Shown: in pieces, positions 12,961 through 26,818 of the stretch
How positions within the stretch are numbered: position 1 is the stretch's first letter
Layout: every line of letters starts with the position of its first letter
DNA from: Octopus vulgaris
Taxonomy: Eukaryota
NCBI GenBank assembly: GCA_951406725.2
Contig: OX597823.1
Span: forward strand, 12,896,001 to 12,960,000
DNA: 64,000 nt
Direction: 5' to 3'
Notes under the pieces: generated by a model
Databases searched by the model: none
Seen by the model: only the letters and a program-made list of their open reading frames with translations
What the model was told of the DNA's origin: nothing
Program-made: the position numbers and the translations under genes

Positions 12961-13393
12961 CATGTCAATATAGGTCAGTATTCGTTAGCATGTCGGGTAA
13001 AATAATTATTGGTATCTCTTACAAATGCCGCCGAAGTTGGCTTCGCGATTCATAAATTAAGTACCGGTTGAATTCTGGGATTACTGTAGTTGACTCCTAC
13101 CCTCACCCGCGTGTTTTGGCCTCGTGCTAAAATTTGATACCAATATGCATCAAGATTACTTAATCACTAAAACCTGCATTGATCCGTTGAGAAGAGATTT
13201 CATAAGCAGAATATAATTCGAATTACTGAAGATAATTATGAGCTGAAATATAACTGAAATTTCATCAATTTAAGTTGGTGTGCATGTACATAACATAAAA
13301 ACTAAACAAGAGGGGAAACAAGAACATATCAGATAGCACACACACACATACACATATACACACACACACATACACACACATACACACACACAT

Positions 13394-13434
<41 letters not shown>

Positions 13435-13459
13435 GATAGATAGATAGATAGATAGATAT

Positions 13460-13498
<39 letters not shown>

Positions 13499-13509
13499 TA
13501 CAGACAGAC

Positions 13510-13557
<48 letters not shown>

Positions 13558-13559
<2 letters not shown>

Positions 13560-13761
13560 GTTTCTTTATTGGCCCCACAGGGCTGCACACAGATGGGATA
13601 AGTTACTAGGTAGAGCTTTTCTTTTGGGGGAGTAAAAAAAAAAGTTGGCGTAGGTTTTCGATCAAAAGGGATCGTATAAGGGAAAAAAGAACAAAAAAAG
13701 GAAAAGAAAAGAAAGAAAAAAGGGAAGAGGAACAAAAGAAAATAAAAATGAAAAAAAAAGT

Positions 13762-13762
<1 letters not shown>
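13558..13762 (-). mobile_element. Probable LINE 3'-UTR fragment inserted in a (GATA)n tract
   Basis: Minus strand is pyrimidine-rich and ends CCCATCTGTGTGCAGCCCTGTGGGGCCAATAAAGAAA; GATA arrays on both sides. Confidence 0.6.
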
Positions 13763-13818
<56 letters not shown>

Positions 13819-15201
13819 GTAGGTAGGTAGGTAGGTAGGTAAGTAGGTAGGTAGATACACATACACACACATGCAAAAATATATATGTATATATATTTCA
13901 GGTCACTTTACTTCCAATCTCTCGCAGAACGACCGATTACTGAGAAACTCCCATGTTTGAGACTCTATGAACAGAGAATGAATGTTTTTACTATAATGTA
14001 ATGTATACATTTCAACTGTCATGTATTTGCAGATAGGCACTTCGTGTCAACGAAATATATAGCGATCTACATTAAAAAAATGCGTTTTTAAAGCGAAACA
14101 ACATTAGCCTTTAACGTAATCTATTCCCCCTTCTCTCTCTCTCCTTTTCTCTCTCTCTAATGTTTAAACAATTCTCTTGGAAATTCTCGTGCAAAATCGG
14201 AGAGGTTAATATTCGAATTACTCATCTTATGATTTGCAACTCTAAATATGCTATTTCCTTTCACTTACATTATACAACGAATTGGTTCCAAATAGTACCT
14301 TTTTCTTTATGTTTTTAAGTAGGAAGCTATTTTTCATTTTTTGTTTTTCTTTCAACCCTTAACCATCTTATATATTTTTTAAATTTGTTATTTATATATT
14401 TTAGCATTTGTCTATTCTATTGCTTTGAAATTCTAATGGCAAATACTCTTGCTACAACTAGGCAATAACAGACAAATATTCAGTGGAATAGATAGGATGT
14501 GGAATGTGATGGGCAGTGAACATCATCTCTTTTATCTTTTGAGAACCATTCGGTCTGGAACTAAATATAGGCAATAAAATAATACTAGAAAAATGTTTGT
14601 TTTTTTTTAAGTTGTACTAACTATAACACGAACACAAACAAATACACAAACACATACTCGCACGCACGCATACACACACACACACACACACACATAAGCA
14701 TTGGCATGAGTTCATATGTCAGTATGTATGGTTGTATATGTGTGTTGATAAATTGCATAAAACAAATGTATCAATATATACATAGACACAAATATATACA
14801 TGCAAAACACCTAAGTAAAATTTTGTAACGATATATATCTTTATGCTTGTGTGTGTGTGTGTCAGTGTGTGTGTGTTTGTGCGTGTTTGTGTGTGTATGT
14901 GTGCGCGTGTGTGTGTGTGTGTGTATGTGCGTGTGTGTGTGTATATGTGTGCGTGTGAATACAGCGTGTGTACAAATATACGTACCGTTTAGAATGAGAG
15001 GATCAATACTGTATGTATAGTAAAATTCATTTAGGAATTGGAATGGTTAATATATTCCAGTTACTATGAGTGTCAACGCTCGATTTCCAGATTGTGTTAC
15101 TTTGGAAATTTCTTGGCTCTGAAGAATGGAAGTTTTTTTCTGAAAAATATTGTTTCATAATTTATGTGCAGAATCAGTTACTTTGTAGTGTTTGGCATCA
15201 C

Positions 15202-15562
15202 GTGGAGGCTCAATGGCCCAGTGGTTAGGGCAGCGCACTCGCGGTCGGAGGATCGCGGGTTTCGATTCCCAGACCGGGCATTGTGAGTGTTTATTGAGCG
15301 AAAACACCTAAAAGCTCCACGAGGCTCCGGCAGGGGGTGGTGGTGAATCCTGCTGTACTCTTTCACCACAACTTTCTCTCGCTCTTTCTTCCTGTTTCTC
15401 TTGTACCTGTATTTCAAAGGGCCAGCCTTGTCACATTCTGTGTGTCACGCTGAATCTCCTCGAGAACTACGTTAAGGGTACACGTGTCTGTGGAGTGCTC
15501 CGCCACTTGCACGTTAATATCACGAGCAAGCTGTTCTGTTGACCGCAACCGACGGAGTGCTC
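15202..15562 (+). mobile_element. SINE family C (tRNA head)
   Basis: A box TGGCCCAGTGG, B box GGTTTCGATTCCC; flanking repeat TAGTGTTTGGC at 15186 and 15566. Confidence 0.92.
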
Positions 15563-15814
15563 CTATAGTGTTTGGCTGGATTTAAACACCGCTTATAAAG
15601 ATAGTGATGTGTTTTAGTTGTTAGCAAAGAGTTCCTTGATATTCAGTGGAGAGAAAAAGAGGGAGGAGAACGAGAGAGACAGAGACAGAGAGAGAGACAG
15701 ACAGACAGACGAACAGACAGACAGGCTGAGATGCAGTCAGACCGACAGACAGGTAAACAGAAAGACAGATAAACAGACAGAGAGAAAGGCAGGAAGTAAG
15801 GATGGATATAGGTT

Positions 15815-16224
15815 CTCTTTACTCTCTTTTACTATTTTACTTGTTTCAGTCCATTGACAGCGGCCACGCTGGAGCACCGCCTTTAATCGAGCAACTCGAC
15901 CCCGGGACTTATTCTTTTGTAAGCCCAGTACTTATTCTATCGGTCTCTTTTTTTCAGAACCGCTAAGTGACGGGGACATAAACACACCAGCATCGGTTGT
16001 CAAGCAATGCTAGGGGGACAAACACAGACACACAAACACACACACACATATATATATACATATATACGACGGGCTTCTTTCAGTTTCCGTCTACCAAATC
16101 CACTCACAAGACTTTGGTCGGCCCGAGGCTATAGTAGAAGACACGTGCCCAAGATGCCACGCAGTGGGACTGAACCCGGAACCATGTGGTTGGTAAACAA
16201 GCTACTTACCACACAGCCACTCCT
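15815..16224 (-). mobile_element. SINE family A
   Basis: Reverse complement of the family A sequence. Confidence 0.93.
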
Positions 16225-16451
16225 GATAAAGATTCTTCATATAATTGAATATAGCTTTATTATTTTATTGGAAAAGATATAGGAGAGTAGCCGCACCGGA
16301 GCAAGCCCTACGTTGGTCGGATACGGAGTCATTTTCGGTTTTGGTATTTATTGCATCAATCGGTTTTATATGAACCGCTGAATTGCACCACATAAAAAAT
16401 TTGGAAGAACACGATGAAAGCTTGCACGTACATGTATATGCACATGACCAA

Positions 16452-16484
<33 letters not shown>

Positions 16485-16498
16485 TGTATGTATGTATG

Positions 16499-16531
<33 letters not shown>

Positions 16532-16544
16532 ATATATATGTATG

Positions 16545-16608
<64 letters not shown>

Positions 16609-16611
<3 letters not shown>

Positions 16612-16838
16612 CGAGCTAGCAGAAACGTTAGCACGCCGGGCGAAATGCGTAGCCGTATTTTGCCTGCCGTTACGTTCTGAGATCAAATTCCGTCGAGGTC
16701 GACTTTGCCTTTCATCCTTTCGGGGGTCGATAAATAAAGTACCAGTTACGCACTGGGGCCGATGTAATCGACTTAATCACTTTGTCTGTCCTTGTTTGTC
16801 CCGTCTATGTCTATCCCCTTGTGGGCAATAAAGAAATA
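16609..16838 (+). mobile_element. Monomeric SINE family B
   Basis: Head, core and GGGCAATAAAGAAAT end, lying between TA tracts. Confidence 0.92.
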
Positions 16839-17472
16839 TATATATATATGTATGTATGTATGTATATATATTTATATATGTTCCAATTATTTATATTAAT
16901 GCTTTTATAATTGTATTCTTATCTTATATGTATTGAATTTTAATGTATATATGTATGTTATTACGCTTCTCGTTTTGTTAAATAAATAAGTCAACATTCT
17001 AATATCCCGAGGCTGATGAAACAACTAAATTGCTTCTCCATTTTCTTATTTGTATATATATATATATATATATATATAATTCAGCATCTTAATATTATGT
17101 CGTGGCTTGTCAAACATATGACAATGAAATTACCAAAACACGATAATACCGGAATAAAGTTCGTATGAGTTTAGGAATTTAGGAACTATATACATACATA
17201 ATACATACAAACGTACAGAAAATATGAAAGCAAATAGAATGTGCGAGACATTTTATTATTCACTTCGATCGTTGCGACCCATCGTGTACCGGTGCCTCGT
17301 GGGTAAGATGCTGTAGAAAAGAATGTGGTGCATCATAATTGCTGGGGGCGGCGGGACTCATGTGCATGTTTGTATGTTTGTGTATGTGTGCGGTTTTGCA
17401 TGTGTAAGTGCGTGGACTAATGTATGTATATATGTACATGCATATATGCATATGTGGATTTTTGTCAGTGAA

Positions 17473-17630
17473 CAGGTCGCGGTCTTAAAGCGACGAAAAT
17501 ATTTTGACAAATTAAAATTAAATGTTCAAGTGAATCGAACGGCTTTTGTGTGTTTCTTAAATGGCTGATAAACACCTTCCACGCTGCAATTTTTTTCGTT
17601 TCAGCACACGATCTCAGATAAAATCACTTG
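17473..17630 (+). repeat. Unclassified dispersed repeat (second copy at about 53903-53997)
   Basis: Both copies share AGGTC...AAAGCGACGAAAATATTTTGACAAATTAA...CCTTCC.CGCTG. Confidence 0.7.
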
Positions 17631-17735
17631 CTATACGAGTACATCTCCGTAATATATATATATATATATATAAACGATTACGCCAATATCATACATACAT
17701 ACATACATACATACATACATACATACATACATACA

Positions 17736-17769
<34 letters not shown>

Positions 17770-17821
17770 CATACATACATAATTGTGTACACTAGCATTT
17801 TGTGTAATTTGTGTAAATTGT

Positions 17822-17941
<120 letters not shown>

Positions 17942-18269
17942 AATAGTAATTTAATATGACAGCAGCGTGCAATCTTTTACAAAAAAGGAAAACTATAATT
18001 GTCACTAAATATAACTAGGATATTAGAACGACTACATTGCTAGAAATAAGAGCTAAAAAGCTCTACTGTTGTAGATAAATCACATCATTGTATACATATG
18101 TAGTGACGGGGCGTGTGATCATGCGAAAGCAACCGGTCGAGAATTCTCTCACCCAATCCCGTAGCCCCAGCAGTAGGGACCGCTCGACAAGGTTTTTTTT
18201 TTTTTCGGAGTTGCTTCAGTGTCAGTACATATGCCGGTGCTTTCGGGTCATTGCGTTCCCTGGCAATAC

Positions 18270-18880
18270 ATACCTTCCTATAATGGGCGTTATGTCCGTC
18301 TGTCCGTTTGTCCGTTTGTCCGTCTTCCTGTGTCTCTGTCTGTTCCCTCTTCACGATCAAACAGCTGGACCAAAGGTTACGATGTTTTTCGGGATCACGA
18401 AGGAGTTAACCAGAAATGTTTTTAAATGTGATAAAAATGTGAAAAAGTGTGATTATTTAATGGATATTGAGTTTTGTATTAATAAACAACCTTTTATTTA
18501 TTTATTTATTTATTTATTTGTTAAAATTGCGGCGACGAGGATTAACTCTGGATTTCCACCCCCGTATATTTTGTGAATTCAGAGGGTTTAGATTTGCTAT
18601 ACTAAACCCTTTATTGTTCATCGTAGATGGGCCGATTTGCTATCTTACTCTAATGGGCATTACGTTCGTGTGTCAGTCTTTTTGCCTGTTCTCTCTTCAC
18701 GGCCAGACGTCTGGACAAATGATTATTATATTTTTCGGGATTACAAAGACAGTCGTCAGGAAGGTTTTTATCATTAAAAATCAGAAAGTATGATTACTTC
18801 GTGGACACCGATTTTTGAATTGATAAAACCACTCTGGCAATTTTCTTAAAAATTCAACGACCACGAGTAACTCTGGATTT
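18270..18880 (+). mobile_element. Helentron/DINE-like element with two diverged tandem units
   Basis: Units at about 18270-18560 and 18640-18880 align (TAATGGGC.TTA.GT...CTCTTCACG...TTTTTCGGGAT.AC...TAACTCTGGATTT); contains the (GTCY)n-like tract typical of DINE-1/HINE elements. Confidence 0.5.
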
Positions 18881-19443
18881 TCATCGTATAGTTCGTGGCC
18901 TCCTTGTAGATACGAAGGAGGACACGACGACCGTTATTAGGGAACTTAAGGTGGAAAATGTGTGTGCGATTATTTAGTGGTTATTGAAATGTGTCAGTCT
19001 CGAGCAGGATTCGAAACGGCTAATCAAAGCAGCTGTTGCTTACATCCCAGTTTTGTCTACCAAAATAACCCATGATACCAGAACATCCAGACATTATTCA
19101 CACAGAACAGTGAGAGGTAAATCGTAGGCTGATTTTTATGCAACTCTAAAGATTCCGCTCACGCATTCACTGCAAACAAAGCACAGGACCAGACTCTAGA
19201 TCGTGTAGGTGTGTTTTTACTCACACCGATGTTTACACACGGCCAGTTATACGTGGCTATGAGTAGAGCAACGGACACCAGTAATTTGAAAATTAATGTT
19301 GACTGAACAGAAAATATCATCTACAAAGTAGTTTGTAATAATATTGATATTATCGAAAGGAATATGATTCATAATTTAAATAAAGAAATTTGTGAACTTC
19401 AATGTATAAGTGTATAAACAAGCGTAAAATAGTGTAAACAATA

Positions 19444-19606
19444 GGCGCAGGAGTGGGTGTGTGGTAGGTAGCTTGCTAACCAACCACATGGTTCCGGGTT
19501 CAGTCCCACTGCGTGGCATCTTGGGCAAGTGTCTTCTGCTATAGCCCCGGGCCGACCAATGCTTTGTGAGTGGATTTGGTAGACGGAAACTGAAAGAAGC
19601 CTGCCG

Positions 19607-19678
<72 letters not shown>

Positions 19679-19891
19679 TGTTTGTGTGTCTGTGTTTGTC
19701 CCCCTAGCATTGCTTGACAACCGATGTTGGTGTGTTTATGTCCCCGTTACTTAGCGGTTCGGCAAAAGCGACCGATGAATAACTACTTGGCTTACAAAGA
19801 ATAAGTCCCGGGGTCGATTTGCTCGACTACATGCGGTGCTCCAGCATGGCCGCAGTCAAATGACTGAAACAAGTAAAAGAGTAAAAGAGTA
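19444..19891 (+). mobile_element. Full-length SINE family A
   Basis: Complete head-to-tail match to the other family A copies. Confidence 0.94.
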
Positions 19892-20194
19892 ACAAATATG
19901 AAACTGTATCTAAATAGCGATTTTTAAAAAATACTTTTTATGTAGTGGTCGAAGCAAGCTCTAGCCTTCGTTAGGATTGGTCCACACAACAAATTCATGG
20001 TACAGAGGCTGGGAGCCTATTTCAGTTCGGAAGTGAATCGTCATCACATGTGACTAAGTCGCAAACACATGTCATATATCTACAATAGAATGCTGTATCA
20101 CCAAAAATAACGTGATATCGCTAAAGCTTTACTCATTAAACTATCGAATCCATTTCTCAATACACACTGCCTCCATCGTAGATGGGTAGATTTG

Positions 20195-20208
20195 CTAGTG
20201 TACACAAT

Positions 20209-20242
<34 letters not shown>

Positions 20243-20358
20243 TGTATGTATGTATGTATGTATGTATGATATTGGCGTAATGGTTATGAGCGCGGGCTAC
20301 TAACCCCAAGATTTCGAGTTCGATTCCAGACAGTGACTTAAATATTAATAATAAAAAA

Positions 20359-20426
<68 letters not shown>

Positions 20427-20592
20427 TAATAATAATAATAGCAACAGCATTTGAAAAATAACTCAGGAATTAGAACCCAGGTATGAAATTTCCCCCAAGA
20501 CCCCTGATGAAGGTCGGAAGGTATATTAGCCGAAACGTTGTGTTAACAACAAAAAAGATGAGGACAAATATCCGTCAAATGTAAATAATGTA

Positions 20593-20598
<6 letters not shown>
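20195..20598 (+). mobile_element. Composite element: leader-(TATG)n-tRNA-like Pol III promoter-(AAT)n-hammerhead tail
   Basis: A box TGGCGTAATGG (20273), B box GAGTTCGATTCC (20316), hammerhead at 20499-20544. The leader and junction recur inverted at 17665-17797. Confidence 0.7.
20499..20544 (+). ncRNA. Minimal type I hammerhead ribozyme motif (Penelope-type)
   Basis: gaccc CTGATGA a ggtcgg...ttagcc GAAA CGTT gtgtt; palindromic AACGTT in place of stem III; mismatches in stems I and II. Confidence 0.7.
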
Positions 20599-20647
<49 letters not shown>

Positions 20648-21596
20648 TATATATGCAATTATCGATGTATACATACATACATATATACATACATACATAT
20701 ACATATATATCTGTGCGTGTGTGTATACATATATATACATACATACATACATACACGTACGAATAAATATTTGCGGATGAATGAATCTGTACTGGTGTGT
20801 ATTCATAAATCAGCTTAGGCTAAGAATCTACAGGGTGAAATCAAAGAGATGTCGACGAGTACGGGTGATTTACATACTAAACGGATAAGAATGGTAATCA
20901 ACGCACGCTAATGCCTGCTACTCGTGTGTTTGCGGACATAAATATTGGCCTGTCAACGGATGTCCCTGTATACTGAAAATGATGATAAACGAATTTTTTT
21001 TTTTTTATGTGTGTATGTCTATGCTTGGTTATATGTATGAATTCTTTACTTCGTGAATATGTAATGGTCATCTAGTGTTAGTTTGAATGTTCGATTGCGT
21101 TTTGTGTTTTTCTTATTTTTTGTTCTATGCACGATTGTTTTATGGTTCATTTAACGTTTTACATTAACAGCGTAAAACATATTATTTGATTTACTTATTT
21201 ATTTTGATACTTTGTAAGTCACTTTATTGCTTATACAAGAAGTGTTCTATAATATAATCCAGCTTCGCGTGTAATCGAGTAGGAATCAACAACAACCAAA
21301 ACGTATTCTAATCGAAGTAAATTAAGTAATTTGCACCCATGAAGCGCCGCAACTTTTCGTACAGCATTTTACCGGTGAATGATGTGTCGATACGATCGTA
21401 GTGAATAATAAAGAGTCTCTTGAATTCCATTTTCTTTCTTTCATGTTTTATAAATTCTATGGACACGAAGAGATTCTTGAAGTAAAATCCAATGGCATTT
21501 ACACCCATAGTATTGCTGACATCAAATAGCCGAGTAGTGAACGGGTTTTAAACGGCATACCACCAGTTGTGTATACAAATTTAGAATTATTACATA

Positions 21597-21973
21597 CTAG
21601 CAGTATCGCCCGGCGTTGCTCGGGTTTGTAAGGGAAATAACTATATAAGCATTTTTAGAGATGTAAAGTACAATAGCCATCTCAATATGGCTAACCACAA
21701 AGGGAAGGGGTGTTACTGTAGCTTTTTACGTTCTGAGATTTAATAAAAAAATTTTAGAGAGAGACATCCCTTATATATGCCAAAAATGCATTAAAAATGG
21801 GAAAAATTGATGGTAATTTTTTTTAAAATCGTAGACTCATCGTAGACGCGCGCTAATAACCAGAAGGGCTCGATATGAATCACGACTAAAATATACCCGC
21901 AAAATGTGGGAGTAGTTAGGAATCTAAATCGGAGGAGACAGACAGTACACAACCTCACTTTTATATATAAAGA
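21597..21973 (-). mobile_element. Non-autonomous Helitron
   Basis: Minus strand starts TC, ends with GC-rich hairpin CCCGAGCAACGCCGGG and CTAG, inserted between A and T; near-identical to 28146-28539. Confidence 0.88.
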
Positions 21974-21989
21974 TATACATATATACATG

Positions 21990-22447
21990 CAGTTCGTCGT
22001 CGACTTAGGACCCCCATTGGTTCCTATTGACTGGTTGTAAATCGATTTGGTTGTAAGACGTCCTATATGCCTACATAGCTTTGTTTATATTTTTACATTC
22101 TTAAGATCCATCCTCGGGTAAAGAGGTCACGTACAGAAGTCTGTATTATACTATTATACTGGCCCTAGTAAAAAAATTCGGCTACTCAAACAGTTATCCT
22201 ATAAAAAATACGAGATTACCTCGATGACCCCGCGAGAGAATATTCATTCCATACAGTGGAGATCGACAACCAAACCTTGAAGAAATGTTTGCTACCTAAC
22301 ATCATCCGTAGATGGGTTAATTTCTACGGAATTAAACCCATTAAATTTCAACTGCACTATTTATTATTGCTGCCGGAGAGTGGCGCGCCATTCGTCGTAG
22401 AGTCAATCGGTCGCATGTCGGACAGGTCGTTAGTCAACGATGACTCG
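21990..22447. mobile_element. pogo/Tigger-like MITE (degenerate)
   Basis: Imperfect TIRs CAGTTCGTCGTCGACTTAGGACC ... GGTCGTTAGTCAACGATGACTCG. Confidence 0.55.
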
Positions 22448-22457
22448 TTTATATATA

Positions 22458-22501
<44 letters not shown>

Positions 22502-22507
22502 TATATT

Positions 22508-22548
22508 TATTCAACCGGTTTTCGTCATTGTATGACTTGTCAAGAATA
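22508..22548 (-). ncRNA. Minimal hammerhead ribozyme with compensatory U3-A8 core
   Basis: TATTC TTGACAA GTCAT aca ATGAC GAAA ACCGGT T GAATA: perfect stems I and II, palindromic stem III. Confidence 0.8.
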
Positions 22549-23180
22549 TTTATGTTTTAAGAAGTTTTTTTACAAATTAGAAAGGGGAAAAAAAGAAAAT
22601 TGCAATGTTTTTTGTAAAAGAATAATGATAAAAATGTACAAAAATTAAAAAATAAGTTCTCCGATGCATTGTGAGTTCGTTGTGTATCTTGAGTTTTATG
22701 GTCGTTTACCAAAAAATTACCTTGAGGTGTTAAGATCCAAAGGGATTAAGAGCATGTGATGTGTTGTGTTGTTAAATTCAGCATGTTGCAGGACAGGAAG
22801 TAGTAGTAATTGTGGTCCTGGTTCTTCAGTTCCTGTGTTGTGAGTAAGGGGAGACAACTCTTTTGAGTTCTTCAATAAAACCTAAATTATAAAACTATCA
22901 TTTTAGCTTCATTTGCATTATCTTTTTTATATAATTGCTTGTTAACTTAACTTTCAGATTTTAACACTTTATTTATATTATTTTCTAATAATATAAAACT
23001 GCATAGACAATTGCATTTCAAATTGTCATATCATTTATAATAAAAATGATAGTAATAACAACAATAGTGAAAATGATATTTAAAGAATATAAGTTTTAGC
23101 TTGAAGTGATGAATGCATGGTATCTTTATATATTTGTGTTAGTCCATCCATGAAGAGTGAGGTAGAGAAAGGAAGTTTGA

Positions 23181-23890
23181 TCAACGAGGAGTTTGCATAT
23201 TAAGTTGTGTTTGGAATTTTTCAATAAAGAGATTCTCCTTGTTAATTCTCTCCTGTGTGGTGATCCCGTCTTTACATTGGTAGAAGGGGAATATATAGAA
23301 TTTGGGGTTTAAGTCTTTAGCACATGAGTCTAAGTGGTCACTCAGTGGAATTTGTCGGTATTCCGGGAGATTTATTTGTTCTTTTTGCACCGTTACTCGT
23401 TTACGTAACGGGAGACTCGTTTGTCCCACATAATTATGTTGGCAACCAGCGCATGTGAGAACGTAGATAAGGTTCTCGGAGGAACAGGAGAAGTTAGTCT
23501 TGATTTTAAACTTCGTACCTTGTTTGAAGGTAAATTCAGAGCCTTCAAGTAGAAAGGGGCAGGTACCACAGTTTGAGCGTGCACATTTTTTTACTGTTGG
23601 GGGTGGATGTGGTGTGTGAAGTTTGGCATTTGTCAAGAGTTTTTTTAAAGATTTGTGTTGCCTTTTGCATTTGAGGATTTTGTGTGTATTTATAATGTTT
23701 TTCATTTTTGGGTCTGTTGACAGTAGACTGAGGTTTTGTATGATTGTGGTGTATGCTTCGATATTTTTGGGGTTGTGGGTGGAAATGTATGGAAGTATTT
23801 TGAGGTTGTGTGTGGTGTTAGGTTTGGTGGTTATCAGTGTAGTGTTGTCTAGTTCTTTGGCGCGTTTTATTCCATACTCTATAAGGGTGG
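23181..23890 (-). pseudogene. Penelope-like element C-terminal region: linker, Cys-rich motif and GIY-YIG endonuclease
   Basis: CARSNCGTC (CxxxxCxxC), C...NLIYVLTCAGC..NYVGQT...R, H and E..FI....LN motifs. The frame is open, but the N-terminal part of the tracked ORF is microsatellite. Confidence 0.9.
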
Positions 23891-24209
23891 ATATATATAC
23901 ATATATAAATACACACGCACGCACAGATATATATGCATATATATACATACAAACATACACCTGGGACCTTGATGACTGCTTTAATGCAAGAAAGTATACT
24001 AGTCCCTTAATATTTTATATTAAATATTTCATCTATTCAATAAGAGAATCAATGCTTCATTTCATTTTACTATATATATATTATTTATACTATATATTCT
24101 ATATTCTACATTAATATTATGAAAATATAAATAAAACATAAAAAAGAGACACAGTTGGAATTTCTTTGAATAATATATATCCCTCTATACACAATCATAG
24201 AAAACCCCC

Positions 24210-24248
<39 letters not shown>

Positions 24249-24273
24249 TTTGTGTGTGTGTGTGTCTGTATGT

Positions 24274-24768
24274 GACCTCCTTCGGTCATGAATGACCATG
24301 GAATTGCACCTAGAAAGTTACCCTCCGAGGTACAAGTCTGGACAAGGTTGTTTATGGAAGACCAACAGTCGCCCACGCACACCAGCCTCCCCTCTCCACG
24401 CCACCGATGTTATCCAATGGAAAAGCAAAGGCCGATACAGCTTGGCGCCAGTGATATCGCAGCTCATTTATTAACGTCCAAGTGGTTGAGCACTCCACAG
24501 ACACGTGTACCCTTAACGTAGTTCTCGGGGAGATTCAGCGTAACACAGAGTGTGACAAGGCTGGGCCTTTGAAATACAGGTACAACAGAAACAGGAAGAA
24601 AGAGTGAGAGAAAGTTGTGGTGAAAGAGTACAGCAGGGTTCACCACTAACCCCCTGCCGGAGCCTCGTAGAGCTTTAGGGGTTTTCGCTCAATAAACACT
24701 CGCAATGCCCGGTCTTGGAATCGAAACCGCGATCCTACGACCGCGATTCCTCTGCCCTAACCACTGGG
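24274..24768 (-). mobile_element. Fused SINE fragments (family C body 24470-24768 joined to family D tail 24274-24470)
   Basis: Homology to 31611-31995 and to 8475-8610. Confidence 0.85.
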
Positions 24769-24770
24769 AC

Positions 24771-24854
<84 letters not shown>

Positions 24855-24867
24855 GTATATATATATG

Positions 24868-24915
<48 letters not shown>

Positions 24916-24949
24916 CATATATATGTACATATATATATATATATATTTA

Positions 24950-25004
<55 letters not shown>

Positions 25005-25629
25005 GCTTGTGCATGCATGTATATGCGCTTTGAGAGAGATGTACATATATGTACAATACATACATTCATATAATGTGTGTAGCCAATTACACAATTCGTT
25101 TCACACCAGTATCCAGAAATTTTAACAGAACGATCTTTAGTATATTATTTCTTAGCAGCCTTTTTTTATGCTATAATTGAAAAAATGACGGTATGTCGTG
25201 TTATCTGTAACTATATCTTGTGTTTCGCAAGTACACCTGAGAAAATGAAAGTACTATGTTTCACATCAGCTTAACACAAAAGACGTTTAAGAACATTCAA
25301 TAGAAACATATTAATTATTTCAACACCGTCATATAAAAAAAAAAGAAAATAGTACTTCATTGTTTTCGTAAGAAATATAGAAAACAATGTCCCAGATGAG
25401 TCTGGTAATGTTGCATGGCCTATCATTATTTCTGCTATCTCTTTTCAGGTCAGCAGAAATAAGTCCAGTTGCACACAAATCGGGTGACAGATTACATATA
25501 TTGACTTTCATCTACGACATCTACGTCATAATCCGTTGAAAATCGCTAGAATGCAGGCAATTACAGTGATAACATGGTGCGTTCGTGCCAACAGGAATCC
25601 TACTTACATATATACACGTATATTGTTTT

Positions 25630-26340
<711 letters not shown>

Positions 26341-26716
26341 ATATATATATATATATATATGTCTGTATGAGTTAGAATTTAAGCAGCCATCTAAGGGACA
26401 CTAAATATCCAATATACTACTGGATGTATACCTACGTATTTATATCCAGGTGCTTACTTCTTCAGGGCAATATCGCATTTGAGTACTAGGTAAATCAGAA
26501 ATTTCCCAAGGATTTCTAAAGTAAAGAAGACAATAGAGAAGATAGATAATCGGGAAAACATCATCCTGTAAACATTCAATTATATATATTTAATACACAG
26601 ACACACAGACACGCATATATATATTAGAGAGATTTATACAGTAGCAGCACGATAAAGTGATGGGTTGTGGGCAAATTAATGTGGCAGTCCCACAGATATA
26701 TATATAAGAGGAAAAA

Positions 26717-26756
26717 TCTTTTGATAAGCATAACAAATGCGCAACCGGTAAAAAGA
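26717..26756 (+). ncRNA. Variant minimal hammerhead motif (U3/A8 core, GCAA in place of GAAA)
   Basis: tctt TTGATAA GCAT aacaa ATGC GCAA CCGG TA aaaaga, within a roughly 115-bp insert between TA tracts. Confidence 0.55.
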
Positions 26757-26818
26757 ACTTTCACCTAATTAAATTATTTAAATTACTTAAATTATTTTGT
26801 CAGCATTTTCTTCATTTC

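Larger units (their letters stand above)
22506..23890 (-). mobile_element. 5'-truncated Penelope-like retroelement (Neptune-type) inserted in (TA)n
   Basis: GIY-YIG ORF end followed by about 670 bp of 3' UTR ending in a hammerhead motif; TA microsatellite on both sides. Confidence 0.88.

Noticed and set aside
15202-15275. tRNA-like sequences at SINE heads (also about 12890-12960, 20273-20330, 31920-31995)
   Set aside because: No complete cloverleaf or acceptor stem; they continue into repeat bodies, so they are SINE heads rather than tRNA genes.
16995-17125. Hammerhead-like fragments (GCTGATGAAAC; TTGACAA on the minus strand) near TA tracts
   Set aside because: Core and stems cannot be assembled consistently; at best heavily decayed.
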